A stretch of 55,053 bases of DNA from Octopus bimaculoides. Taxonomy: Eukaryota. The stretch covers positions 47,683,112 to 47,738,164 of the forward strand of contig NC_068983.1 of NCBI RefSeq assembly GCF_001194135.2, read 5' to 3'. The notes under the pieces were generated by a model, which did not search any database, was not told where the DNA came from, and saw only the letters and a program-made list of their open reading frames with translations. Positions 23,968 to 37,094 of the stretch are shown here, piece by piece (position 1 is the stretch's first letter; each line of letters opens with the position of its first letter). The translations under genes and the position numbers were made by a program.

Positions 23968-24967
23968 TTTTGTAGTGATAGTAGCAGAGGTATAAGCAAC
24001 TTTCTTGTCAACAGAGTTTGTGAGTTTCTGTATTCCATCAATTTAAGGATATATACATATTGCTTATCGTTTTGGGAATAAATCTCAATATCATTTGTTC
24101 GCTTTGCGATAACAGAGCGGAGTAGATATATTTGGTAAGTAAAAAGAAAGCAAAAAAAAAAAGAAAAAAAGAAAAATTGTCTCGAGATGTAACATTATAA
24201 CATTATATTATAAGTCTGATAAATATACGAGACACATAAATATACAGAATCTCTCTCTCTCTCTTTCACACACATGTTCTCAAAAACACATGCAGACAAG
24301 GTACACGAATACGCGCACATACACATGCTCTCATAACTCATACGTACATACATAGATACATGTGTGTGTGTGCATTTTCAGAAACATCAAAGCTGACTTA
24401 CAAAGGATACAAGACTGCATCAATTTTAACACTGAGGTTTCAGGTTGGTCACAATCAATCAGTGTATGAGTTGAGTTTGGTCGAGGTAGTTGCGTAAACC
24501 ATTACTTACTTAAATTATTTCCTTGTTCTGTTGCTCATACCACGTTTTCTGATTGTATTGGATGTATATACGATATAGATATTGTGGTACAACATTCTCA
24601 TTGCCGTATTTCATTATTTCATACACTAACTTAATACCAGACTGTAATAACATCCGACATTGGTAGTCGCGGTGTTTGTCAAGCCAATATAGACATGTTC
24701 TCATATATATATACACACACACACACACATATATATATAAAATTGTTAATGCTTTTTTTTATTGTCGTAGGATTTAATTCAGAGTAAGTGTCGTTGTGTC
24801 GTAGAGGCAATGATTGATTTTATTTTGTTATTTTAGATAAGAATATTGGTTACTTGTCTTGTATTCTTATCGATCTTTGAAATAGAAAATAACATTGATA
24901 AATAAAATGTGAGCCTCGATGATGATGTTTGGATTTCGAACAGCGAGATAATATACACGGAGAGAAT

Positions 24968-25005
<38 letters not shown>

Positions 25006-25460
25006 NNNNNNNNNNNNNNNNNNNNNNNNNNNNNNNNNNNNNNNNNNNNNNNNNNNNNNNNNNNNNNNNNNNNNNNNNNNNNNNNNNNNNNNNNNNNNNN
25101 NNNNNNNNNNNNNNNNNNNNNNNNNNNNNNNNNNNNNNNNNNNNNNNNNNNNNNNNNNNNNNNNNNNNNNNNNNNNNNNNNNNNNNNNNNNNNNNNNNNN
25201 NNNNNNNNNNNNNNNNNNNNNNNNNNNNNNNNNNNNNNNNNNNNNNNNNNNNNNNNNNNNNNNNNNNNNNNNNNNNNNNNNNNNNNNNNNNNNNNNNNNN
25301 NNNNNNNNNNNNNNNNNNNNNNNNNNNNNNNNNNNNNNNNNNNNNNNNNNNNNNNNNNNNNNNNNNNNNNNNNNNNNNNNNNNNNNNNNNNNNNNNNNNN
25401 NNNNNNNNNNNNNNNNNNNNNNNNNNNNNNNNNNNNNNNNNNNNNNNNNNNNNNNNNNNN

Positions 25461-25510
<50 letters not shown>

Positions 25511-26049
25511 TGTGTATATATGGGGTGCGTAAGATATTTGAGGACAGATTAATATATATAAGGAAGAGATAGGGATAAGTTAACTAGGCGGGTACCGTAC
25601 GAGCAGTCAGTTATATAGTCCAGGTTCCGGCTAACCACATCGAGTTGTAAGGAGAGCTTAGGGTTACTTAAAGGGAGCAGATCCACTGTAATTCATCCGA
25701 TGAGCAAACTCTGAGTTGGATTCGCTGGGTTATAAATATTTGTCCGAGTTTTTATCTATGACAATTGAATACGGAGATTGGCACATCTGCATCTCCGTGT
25801 TCTTTGTGATTTTCTTATATAATGTAGATAATGTAAAAATTCAAGCCGTGTCCTCTTGAATCACATCTGCTTATTTCACTATCCCAAATTCCTGTGTAGA
25901 TGTTTGGCATTGTGTTCCAGGAGAAAAAAAGAAAGCTTGCATTTATATATTTGAGAAGGGACCGTGAGATGTGGCGATTTGGTGAAACTGCTGGAAAATA
26001 TTTTCTGCCGACTAATTAAAAAAAAAAAGCGCATTGGAAATTTTTTGGC

Positions 26050-26155
26050 ATTATTTATTCACCATTACACGCGTTACATTTGATAATAGGAGCTACATGT
26101 AGCAAAAAAAGTGTGATATCTCCTATTGGAAATTCTTCAGACAGAGAATCAAAGG
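26050..26155 (-). mobile_element. Diverged copy of the foldback element at 30918
   Basis: TTATTTATTCACCATTACACGCGTTACATTTG and AAATTCTTCAGACAGAGAATCAAA match the reverse complement of 30955-31047. Confidence 0.55.
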
Positions 26156-26230
26156 AAGAATATTGATGGTGCCGCTATGTATTCCTCCCGGTTTGCTAAA
26201 AACTGTGCCAGCTCACTGCGTTCATATGCT

Positions 26231-26401
26231 CATACATATTAGCATATGCTAATATAATCTAAGTGATTTTAAACTTTCTGACGTTACCTTTTAAACCATA
26301 TATGAATTGAGACGTTTGTGTTAGAATATCTAACAGGAATTCTGAGAACGTACTTTTATTCATATTCGTTTAACTATTTTGAAATAATTTTCTATCAATC
26401 C
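26231..26401 (+). repeat. Dispersed ~170-bp direct repeat, copy 1
   Basis: Near-identical to 35145-35315 (about 9 differences by eye). Confidence 0.92.
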
Positions 26402-26871
26402 AGCTTTGATTAAATCTTCAAAATTATATGTATATCACTGTGAAGTATGAGAGAAAGAAGAGATGCGATATCATAAAAAATTAACGTTATATGTTTCTTT
26501 ACTCATGTTGTCGATGTTTCTTTAGTCTCACATCAACCCTAAGCACATCTGCGAATGAAAAAGGCTGTTCCTACAACCATCATGCCGTCTTTGGTTTTCA
26601 GGTAAAGTATGTACGATGATTTTATCCAGACATACTATGTTTACAAAAATGTTAAAATGTGAAACATGGGAGATTCAGCTGCTATCTCTAGCAGGTCGAG
26701 CGAGTACTACATACAAGCACAAGCTCGTTTGTCATCTCGTTAATCACATTAGAAAGAAAATATCTACAATCAGTAAAAAGTAATGTCTGTGTGATATTCC
26801 TGGATTCTACTCAAGCATTATCGAGGAGGGATATTAAAATTTACTCTCCAAGCTTTTAGGTTAATAATTCA

Positions 26872-27586
26872 TTCTTGTATGAGCACAAGGCCAGAAATTG
26901 TAACGGGAGGGGAAGTCAATTACATCGAACCTCATTACTTGAAAGGATGAAAAGCCAAGTCGACCTCTTCGGAATTTGTGACTCAGAACAAAAACAGCCG
27001 GAAGCAATGCTGCTAAGCATTTTGTTCGGCGGGTTAACGATTCTGCCTCTTAGTCGCCTGACAGTTAGGTCAATAATGATGTTTTCTTCATGAATTTGAA
27101 CTAAGAATTTAAAGGAAGGACGAAATGTCCGCGATAACGATTCTGCTATGTCGCTACCTTAGCAAAGGGAATAATATTACGAAGGGTTACGGAAATGTGT
27201 CTGGCTTTAAGGGCGTCGTGAAAGGCCTGGCTGGAGGCCCACGCTGCAATGAATGTATGAATCTGAGAGGGGGAACATGTTGAATAAAATCACAATTAAC
27301 TGATCTTCTTGGATTTTCTTTTACCCAAAGCCATGAATATTTAAACACCCCTCGTAGTTACTCTCGCAAGGCGGTGATCTAGAAGAATCATTAGCACGTC
27401 GAATGAAAATGCTTAACGACATTTCATTCGTCTTTATGTTCTGAGTTCAAATTCCGCCGAGGTTGACTTTATCTTTTAACCTTTTGGGGTCGATAAAATA
27501 AGTTTCAGTTGAGCAACGGGGTCGATGTAATCAACTAGCCCCTCACAGAAATTACCGGCCTTGTGCTAAAATTTGAAACTAATATT
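26872..27586. mobile_element. Three SINE B copies (26872-27060 minus, ~27090-27162 minus remnant, 27370-27586 plus)
   Basis: B head, B-box and GTCGAT hairpin motifs in each. Confidence 0.8.
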
Positions 27587-27882
27587 ATTTACACCCGTGT
27601 TTCTGCTAATGCAGTGAATTAAGTCATTTGAGTGTCTTATATAATGATTGGCGATGTTTGGCCCAGCACACTCCATACATGGTTCTTATCACATTGAGCC
27701 CGACTTCGTTCTTAATCTTTCCGAATCGATCACTATTGGGAGAGAATAGAGGCCGTGGATTGGCGGATTTTTCAGTTCTGGTTTCAAATCCTACTTCAAA
27801 TTCTGCTTCCTACCACTGTCATTCTCGTGTGGGAAAATAGGGTTTTCGAGACCCGACGAACGATTATTGGCCTCCACTATTA

Positions 27883-28140
27883 GGTGCGTGTCCTAGTGAC
27901 TTGAGTTTTGCACTCACGATCACAAGATTGTGGTTTCGATTCGGGGGCCGGGAAGTGAGTTGTGTTCCAGGAGAGAAAAAAAACCCCACCTTATTTTCTG
28001 TTGCTCCAGTCCACTCGGCTGTAAATGAGTAACACTGCGACAAACTGGCGTCTCGTCCTGCAGCAATATTGTGTTCTCAATCACTTGTACGCCATGCAAG
28101 CCAAGTAAATGACTCTATGAGCTTTAGAACACGAAACGGC
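27883..28140 (+). mobile_element. SINE D, degenerate
   Basis: TTTTGCACTCACG...AAGATTGTGGTTTCGA...TGCTCCAGTCCACTCGGCTGTAAATG, as at 10602. Confidence 0.7.
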
Positions 28141-28152
28141 CAGTCATCGTCG

Positions 28153-28183
28153 CTGCTGCTGCTGCTTCTGCTGCTGCTGCTGT

Positions 28184-28224
<41 letters not shown>

Positions 28225-28230
28225 ATGATG
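28153..28230. repeat. (CTG)n(ATG)n compound trinucleotide repeat
   Basis: Direct reading. Confidence 0.97.
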
Positions 28231-28690
28231 GATATCACACAGAGCAACAAGTCTACCGGAGTAACAGGTTCATTGCATTAATTTGAAAGCAGACGGATCC
28301 GGCAGTGAAACAGGATATACGCTTCGAAAGAAAATAGTGAGAGAGCTTTTCCCACTTGTACCACTCTGTTGTTCTGTATTTACCCGGATATAAAAGTAAT
28401 TTTTAGAAAAAACAACTAATTAATAAAAGTACCAACCCAACACTTGTGTACCCTTCCTCTTTCTGCCTTCAGCTGTCACATCTTGGGTCAAGTCTAGGAA
28501 GACCGACACCATTTCTGAATCTCTTTGCGGTTATACGGGCAGCTAAAATAATTAGTGAAAGTATGGTACATGCTGATACTAAGCCATTGCTGATTGTGAA
28601 CGAGGCTGTAGTATATAAAGTTTTATTTCTATTTCACTCTCAACTATTGTACTTATTTCCTGGTGTAGTACAATTACTGAACACCCTACG

Positions 28691-30106
28691 GGCGGTCTGT
28701 TGGCAGAATCGGTAGAGCATCAGAAAAACGCTTTGCAGTATTTATTCTGTTTTTTAAAGTTCTGGGTTCAAATTCTGTTGAGGTTAACTTTGCCTTTCCC
28801 CATTCCGAGCTTGAAAGTTTATAACATAAATTACCAGACTACTGATGATGTCAACGTAATCGACCAACACTCTCCTTAACATTGCTGGCCTTGCACCTAA
28901 ATTAGAAATGGGATTATTATTACTGAGCGGTGATGAAGATTAAGATGATTATTATCAAGGACGGTGAGATCGCAGATTCATTAGTGCATCAGATAAAATG
29001 ATCAGCGACATTTTTTCCGTTTCTTTTTTTATATGTTCTGATTTCAAAAGCACGCAGGTCGACTTTGCCTTTCACCCTTTCGTTGTCTATTAAATAAAGT
29101 ACCAGTCAGGTACTGGGGTTGATGCAATCAACTTTCCCCGTCCTCAAGATTGCTGGCCTTGCGTCTAGATTAGAAACGAGATCCTTATTCTTTTCCACTC
29201 CAGGTACAAAGCCCGAAATTTTTTGGGGGAGGATGCCAGTCGATTAGATCGACCTCAGTAAACAACTAGTACTTAATTTATTGACCCTAAAAAGATGAAA
29301 GGCAAAGTCTTCTTCGGCGGAATTTGAACTCAGAACGTAAAGACAGATGAACTACCGCTAAGTATTTCGCCCGGCGTGCTAACGTTTCTGCCAGTTCGCT
29401 GTCATGAAACGAGCTCATTATTACTGAATAACAAAGGGCGGAGGGCTAGCTGAATGGTAAGCACGTCGGATAAAATGATTAGCATCATGTCTTGAAGGTT
29501 CTAGGTTCAAGTGCTGCCGAGGTAGCTTTCTTCTATCCTTTCGGGGTCAAATAAATAAGTGCGAGTTGAGCACTGGAGTCGATGTATTCGACTAGCTCTT
29601 TCCCAAAATTCTAGGCTTTTTGTCTTTAGTAGAGAGGATTATTTTTACGATTAAGGCTTCGAGCCTGTAGACTTGTTAGCACTCTGGACAAAATGCTTAG
29701 CGACATTTCTGGTATTTTACGTTCTGGGTTCAAATTCCGCCGAGGTCGATTTTACCTTTCATCCTTTCGGGGTCGATATAGTAAGTACCAGTTAAGCACT
29801 GGGGTCGATGTAAGCAACTTACCCTCTCCTGAGAAATTGCTGGCCTTGTGCCAAATTTTGAAACTAATAGTATCACGCAGAGTATGGCGTTAAGTTGGCA
29901 GAATCGTTAGCGCGCCGGGCAAAATGCTTAGCGGCATTTCGTATGTCTTTACGTTCTGGGTTCAAATTCCGCTGAGGTCGACTTTGCCTTTCATCCTTTC
30001 GAGGTCTTTAACATAAATACCATTTGAACACTGGGGTCGCTCAAATCGAATTCCTTTATGTTCCAAACCTTCTGGACTTGCGACAAAATTTGAAACCATT
30101 ATTATT
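28691..30106. mobile_element. Array of six SINE B copies (starts 28691+, 28959+, 29190-29402 minus, 29437+, 29655+, 29886+)
   Basis: Each has the B head, GTTCAA B-box-like motif and GTCGAC/GTCGAT hairpin; tails end in ATT-rich sequence. Confidence 0.88.
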
Positions 30107-30454
30107 GAACCACTATCTCATGTTTTTTATATTGAATGTCGTCGTTGTAACTGGATGTTTTATGGTAAGTTTCTATTGTAATTACTGTTGCAATTGTAGA
30201 TTTATTTATTTATTCCAATTCATTGTTATTCTAATTTATTTGTAATCCTTGATTATTCAATACGATGTCGTAATTACACTAGGATTATTGTTCTAGTTAA
30301 TGTAAATATATCATTATTTAAACTTGTTCTTATTATTTAAGCTGTTTATTGTGTGTGTGTGAACGTATCATTTAATATTGTCAAGCTAGATTTGTTGTTA
30401 TTTACGAATGTTAATACAGCATAACAACTGCTGTCGCTTCTTGACAGTTGGCAT

Positions 30455-30490
<36 letters not shown>

Positions 30491-30917
30491 AGCACACTGC
30501 CTATACACGTTAACCTGTATAACCGGTTCAGAAAAAAAGTCTGTTAATAAATTCGCATGTGTTGCTAGGCGTTTGTGGCGTTAGTTTAATTCATCTGATT
30601 AGATGACAGAACATTAAAGGGGAAATGGGGAAATAATAGAAGAAGAAAATGAAGTATTTGTAAATAAAAAAGGAATATAAAGACAAAGTAGACGAATAAA
30701 GGAAAAAACCCCCAAAAATGTGATGATTCATTAAGTTTTGACAAGTACTTAAGACTGTCACGCAGATAAATGTCTTATTTATTAGATACACGAAGCTTGC
30801 TTTGAAGTACAAATATTTTATATTCATGCGTTCTTGATTATGTAACACTCATGTACTGTTGATTATACGCACACAGACAGACACACACATATGATACCAA
30901 TAAAAGAAGAATTTGAA

Positions 30918-31035
30918 ACCATTGTACGTGTTTCATTTGCTAATAAAATAATTATTTGATTCACTGTCTGAAGAATTTTTAATGGAAAATTTCTTTCATG
31001 TTTATCTTATTAGTAAATGAAACACGTGTAATGGT
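30918..31035. mobile_element. Foldback/MITE-like element with 34-bp terminal inverted repeats
   Basis: ACCATTGTACGTGTTTCATTTGCTAATAAAATAA (30918-30951) vs rc of 31002-31035, 4 mismatches. Confidence 0.65.
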
Positions 31036-31457
31036 AAATAAATAATACCAAAACATTCCAAATACCTGTTAGCTATATACGTACGCATAAAGGAGTTTAC
31101 CTTCTCCTAGAAGTTCTAACGAGTTCACTCCCAGTTCATTCACTCCCATTGATTCGCATGTCTGCTCATCCGGAGCTGGGACACCCAAAAATACTATTAT
31201 TTCGGGCTAGTGCAGACCTGGACACAATAGTGGCTAAAAGGTAGGTCCATAATCTTCAAAACTCTCGAACTCCTGTACCAAGGCCCCATTACCGGACGCT
31301 TTTAACGACTTAACCAGGTAAACTCGTTTAAAAATACCTGAAGTGCTATTGGTTTCTGGTCGTCTCCACGTCTGTGGCGCCACTAGTTGTATAGCTGATA
31401 GCGCTGAAATGTAGGATCAGTGATGTGCAGCCCTTAATCCACTCAAAACAAATTCAT

Positions 31458-32520
31458 TCATCCATAAGAACTTCTAGAACTCTCGGAACGTTTGTACGGA
31501 CATACAGTGACAGACTGGGATAGGAGCTGTTTCGGTATATAACCTGAGTCTAAAGAATTTCTCCAGAGGTTGGTTAGAGGGATTGCAAATTGCTGTCTAC
31601 ATTCCTTCATAAGACTAGCGGGGAATCTATCAGGGCCTACAGCAGAATAGTATTTGATCTCATTTATTGCTGCTATGATATCTGAAGCAGTAAAAGTTAG
31701 ACCCGAGCTTATATGTTGAGAATCGACTTCGTTCACATCCCTTGCCTCAATATCAGTGAGATTACTGAAGACAGAGAAGTATTGTTTCTGCAGTACTTCT
31801 GCCATTTCTTTAGCATCATGTTGGAGAATGCCATTATCATCGATTAATGGACCAACGGGTGAGATAGCAGTCCTATTCTTATTTGTATATGAATAGAACA
31901 CTTTTGGGTGCTGTTTGATTTTTTTTGATAACCCACTGTTCCTCTAAAGCTCTTTGAGTTTCAATGCAGGTTTTCATGTTGGTCTGCAGATGAAGGTTTT
32001 CTAATTCCAGCCTTTTCATTGTTGCTGAATGTAGATGCTGTTTGTGGGAGTATCTTAATTGGTTGAATTTTCTCATTAAGTCGTGTGATGCTCCTGATGA
32101 ATGTTCTCTTCTCTCTAGGAAGCCTGTTTCTGTTTGTGCTAATAAATTTCCTAGGAACGTGTTTTGAGTATGTATAGACGATAATTTCCTCAAAGCGTTG
32201 TCAGGTGTTTTCAATTTGAGTGGAACTGAGAGTGGAGGACCAGTCAATAAAAGACAGGTCCTTTTTTAATTGCTCCCCAGTCCGCTTTGTGGAGGTTTAT
32301 GTTGTCAAATAAGTGCAGTGGAGTGGGATTTACTGCTTTGGTTTTGATTGTCCAGAAATTAAAGTTGCAGAGTACTATGGCGTGGTTCGAGAGGAGAGCC
32401 TTTTCAACTGAAGTGCTGTGAATGGAGCTAGAGTGGTTTGTTAATATAAGATCTAGGATCGTTTTATTCTGACTTGTTGGTTCAAGCACTAGTTGTGTCA
32501 GGAAAAAATTCATACATAAG
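31458..32520 (-). mobile_element. CR1/L2-like LINE internal relic (APE C-terminus to RT N-terminus), frameshifted
   Basis: ORFs 32244-32513 (EPTSQNKTILDLILTN...SNH), 31879-32247 and 31458-31901 (KEMAEVLQKQYFSVFS, SAVGPDRFPASLMKEC, PLTNLWRNSLDSGYIP). Confidence 0.85.
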
Positions 32521-33935
32521 ATTAAAGAGTAATTCTGCTGCTGATTTATGTGACGTAGTGCAGTTGCCTAACTTCAGACTATTTGTGGGCCAGGTTACAC
32601 AAGGGAGGTGAAAATCACACATCACCAGTATGTTTCCATAGTTGTTCTTTTAAAGGAAGAACTTGATTTTGTTGAGGCACACACGCACACGTTCAATGTT
32701 CGAAATGAGGAGTAAATGGACAGCCGACAACTGATGAAGAGTCGTTCTTTATGTTACTTGTCCTGTTTTCCATTTGTTTCTCTCGTCGATTATGTATTCA
32801 ACTCGTTTGTTTTCGTATTTCTTGCTGTTAACGGTTTGTGACATCCTGTACCCGTATATGTATATAAATATATATANNNNNNNNNNNNNNNNNNNNNNNN
32901 NNNNNNNNNNNNNNNNNNNNNNNNNNNNNNNNNNNNNNNNNNNNNNNNNNNNNNNNNNNNNNNNNNNNNNNNNNNNNNNNNNNNNNNNNNNNNNNNNNNN
33001 NNNNNNNNNNNNNNNNNNNNNNNNNNNNNNNNNNNNNNNNNNNNNNNNNNNNNNNNNNNNNNNNNNNNNNNNNNNNNNNNNNNNNNNNNNNNNNNNNNNN
33101 NNNNNNNNNNNNNNNNNNNNNNNNNNNNNNNNNNNNNNNNNNNNNNNNNNNNNNNNNNNNNNNNNNNNNNNNNNNNNNNNNNNNNNNNNNNNNNNNNNNN
33201 NNNNNNNNNNNNNNNNNNNNNNNNNNNNNNNNNNNNNNNNNNNNNNNNNNNNNNNNNNNNNNNNNNNNNNNNNNNNNNNNNNNNNNNNNNNNNNNNNNNN
33301 NNNNNNNNNNNNNNNNNNNNNNNNNNNNNNNNNNNNNNNNNNNNNNNNNNNNNNNNNNTATATATATATATATATATATATGTTTATATACGTATATATA
33401 TATGTATATATATATGCATGTACATACTCACACGTATAAGTCTGGTATTGAAATACGTATAGAAAACAATCACCCTTTTTCAACATTTTATTACACTTTT
33501 ATACTTTTTCTTCAACGCTAATAAAAAAGAAAAAAAAACTATTAAAATATGTCTGGTTGTAGTAATTATCTTGGAATGGCTATTTTACCAACAAAATTCT
33601 AACGCTCTCCACCTCTAGGTAAAACCATTTGTCCCAGAGTATTGTATTGCCGTTATAAAATAACGTAGATACATATGAATATGTCCTTATTTTTTAGTTT
33701 TATATCGTATTTGGCGAATAATAACGTTGATGGCTTGAGATTATTAATTGCCTGATTAATTGTATCTCAAGTGGCGGTGACAAAATATTGTATGGTAAAG
33801 CAAATGTATACAATACATTAATTCTTATTCAAAAGCAATATTCTCAGTTCTTCGCGATGGTGTATATCGGCAAATGATATCCATACGACCGCCACCTCAC
33901 ACACTCATAGAGAGAAAGAAAATAGTGAACAACGT

Positions 33936-34322
33936 GGTGGTTGGCACTCCGTCGGTTACGACGTCGAAGGTTCCAGTTGATCCCATCAATGGAACAGCCT
34001 GCTCTTGAAATTAACGTGCAAGTGGCTGAGCACTTCACAGACACGTGTACCCTTAACGTAGTTCTCGAGGAGATTCAGCGTGACACAGAGTGTGACAAGG
34101 CTGGCCCTTTGAAATACAGGTACAACAGAAACAGGAAGAAAGAGTGAGAGAAAGTTGTGGAGAAAGAGTACAGCAGGGTTCGCCGCCATCTCCTGCCGGA
34201 GCCTTGTGAAACTTTAGGTGTTTTCGCTCAATAAACACTCACAACGCACGATCTGGGAATCGAAACCACGGTTCTACGACCGCGAGTCCGCTACCCTAAC
34301 CACTGGGCCATTGCGCCTCCAC
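33936..34322 (-). mobile_element. SINE C, full length
   Basis: Homologous to 10160-10539; 12-bp TSD AGTGAACAACGT at 33924-33935 and 34323-34334. Confidence 0.95.
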
Positions 34323-34695
34323 AGTGAACAACGTAAGTAATTAAAAAAAACAAAAAAGGAAAAAGGAATGGAGTCAAAGCAATGTAGTAGATAAGATCTA
34401 TTTTCAGCTGAAACTTTACCTGTCACTGATTTTCGCGTTAATGATTCACTGGCAACGACAGATAAGAATATAAAACGCATGTTAGCAAAAGAAAAACCTT
34501 TTGATTTGATTTGTGCAAAATGTACAAGTGAATTGTAACAGGTTGTCCAGTGTTTAACTGTTAGGGATTTCAAAATAGTTCAACAGAAATTTTGACTTGT
34601 GGCCACAAAACTATGATCATTCTGAACATAGATAGGAAGGGAATCCTATAAACAATTTATATTTATTGTATGAGAATTTGCATATGCTAATATAC

Positions 34696-35137
34696 ATTGG
34701 ATTCAAATTTTGGCACAAGGCCAGCAACTTCGGGGAAGTGGGTAAACCAATTACTTCGACTGCCAATGCCCAACTGGCATTTATTTTATCGACTCCGAAT
34801 GCAAGGCCGGTCTCGGTGGCATTTGAACTCCAAATATAAAAGAAGACGAAATGCTGCTCAGCATTTTGTCCGGCGTAGTAACTCTTCTGCATGATCGCCG
34901 CCTTCATATGCCAATATATATTTGTTTCAAATTTTAGAAACAAGGCCAACAAAATCGTGGCAGGGGTTAAGTCGATCACATCGACCCTAATACACAACTG
35001 ATATTTATTTTATCAACCTCGGATGACGAAAGGCAAAGTCAACTTCGGTGAAATTTGAACTCAGAATGTTAAGACGGGCAAAATGCCGCTAAGCATTCTG
35101 CTCGGTGTGCTAAAGATCGTGTCAGCTCACTGCCTTA
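34696..35137 (-). mobile_element. Two head-to-tail SINE B copies (34696-34906, 34918-35137)
   Basis: Two complete rc B units ~12 bp apart. Confidence 0.85.
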
Positions 35138-35144
35138 CTATGCA

Positions 35145-35315
35145 CATACATATTAGCATATGCTAATATAATCCAAGTGATTTTAAACTTTCTGACGTTA
35201 CCTTTTAAACCATATATGCATTGAGACGTTTGTGTTAGAATATCTAACAGGAATTCTGAGAATATACTTTTATTTATATTCATTAAATTATTTTGAAATA
35301 ATTTTCTATCAATCC
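35145..35315 (+). repeat. Dispersed ~170-bp direct repeat, copy 2
   Basis: Near-identical to 26231-26401. Confidence 0.92.
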
Positions 35316-36275
35316 AATATAATTTTCAGACATTGGATATTTATTTGAAACTAATATCTTACAATAAGCGATTAATTTCAGATGACAAATTAATCAATGG
35401 ATATTTTATTTGTTAAAATATTTGTGCAAGCATTTAGAACTAAATGTGGTTAGCCGTCTAAAAGCTTTGCTATTATTTTATTTTCTATTTATGGCGCAAA
35501 ATTCCGGTGCAACTGGAAGTGAATTTAATAATATTCTTATTAAAACTCTTATAATATCCGTGTTTGTCCGAAAATATTTATCCAAAAAATGAAATGGATT
35601 TTTAGCAATACTTGAATACATATTAAAACTAAAAGGAGCATCATATTAAATAATTCCGAATTTTCTATATTTATATATATATATGTTTCCTTACGTAACT
35701 TCTCTTATTGAAGTCACTGCCTTTTAACCTTCATCTAAAAGAGATCGGTTTCTAAGCGAGGGTTGACATCTGAAATACGTGATTGACATACATTAACATT
35801 TTTCGCTATGTTATTTATTATAGTCAGTCATTAGTTAGAAGGCATGTTTATGTTCTGTATCTTCTCATGCAGCCAAACTTGTCTACCGTATTCCACTTAC
35901 ATGCCATGGGTGGTCAACTGAAATCTTACCCAAAATGTCGCTCACAGGGATCAAAACCAGAACTACAGCCCTATGATAGATGTATATTGTTGATGACATA
36001 AGAAATTTTATAAACTTTCTATCGAATATTTGCATTCTATACTTTATAGCAGTATGTGATGTTCTTCAAGAAACATCATTCCTTAATATATATATATTTT
36101 CTATACCATCTATTAGTTATTCTTTTATGTATTTTATTGATTTTTTGAATAAGGTTTTTATGATATATATTTATTTTCTAGAGGGTATAAATTACATTCT
36201 TCTTTATTGAATTATTTAATAGTGGTTTTTCTCTAAATTATATACGCACATACATACATACACACGTACATACAT

Positions 36276-36306
<31 letters not shown>

Positions 36307-36784
36307 TATATTATATGTATTCAGTCTTTTATTACACATGCTAACTACTTGTATAAATTATTTGATAATTTTTACCCTTGTATTTATAAAGTTAAATACT
36401 CAAATTCTTCAGGCGGATAGTATACATTTGAATTTATTCACTGCTATACTGCTTTGGTTTGGCACGTTGGATGAAGGCATTCCATTTGAATTCTTGATGT
36501 ATAAAGATGGAACTGAATGTGCATGTGTTTACTTTGTGTTTTCGCTACGTATTGTAGTCTCATAGTTTCTGTATGTTACAGCGACCTTACTAACGAGCTA
36601 CAAATAACTAATTAATCAACTAATTAAGTTATTAGTTGATTTATTTGACCATTAAGGGTGAAACTCATGGGTGTAACGTTAACTGAAATTTTTATTCACT
36701 CAAATGTCTTCCCCTTTTTAAATATATGTATATATGTATTCTCTGAAACGTACATATTTTGTATATTTGCACTCACACACTTAA

Positions 36785-37094
36785 GGCGTGTGGATTGGGC
36801 ATTCACCTCTCGATCATAAAGTTGTGAATTTTTCATTCCCGTCAGCGGATTGAGTCTTTGAACGAGACATTTTATTTCAGGTAGCTCCAGTCCACTCAGC
36901 TGGCAAAAATGATTTGCATCTGTATTTCAAAGAGGCCAGTCTTGTCACATTCTGTGTCACTCTGAATGTCCCCGAGTAATGTGTTAAGTGTACGCTTGTC
37001 TGTTGAGTGTCCCACCACTTGCAGGTTAACTTCACGAACAGGCTGTTCTTTTGATCGGATCAACTGGGGTGCTCGTCGTAACTGACCGAGTTCC
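36785..37094 (+). mobile_element. SINE E (CORE-like centre + SINE C-type tail), degenerate
   Basis: GCTCCAGTCCACTCAGCTGGCAAAAATG then TATTTCAAAGAGGCCAGTCTTGTCAC...GATCGGATCAACTGG. Confidence 0.8.

Noticed and set aside
28130-28260. Minus-strand poly-H/poly-Q coding exon
   Set aside because: The frame is closed by nearby stops on both sides, with no convincing splice pair; adjacent to a SINE D tail.
28691-30106. CRISPR-like repeat-spacer array
   Set aside because: Units are ~210-bp diverged SINEs in mixed orientation in eukaryotic DNA; no cas genes.
31458-32513. Three consecutive minus-strand ORFs as a functional operon-like gene set
   Set aside because: They are frameshifted pieces of one LINE ORF2, truncated at both ends.
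32695-32760. GAAA (32702) and CTGATGA (32731) as a type II hammerhead
   Set aside because: No convincing stems I-III could be paired around the core.
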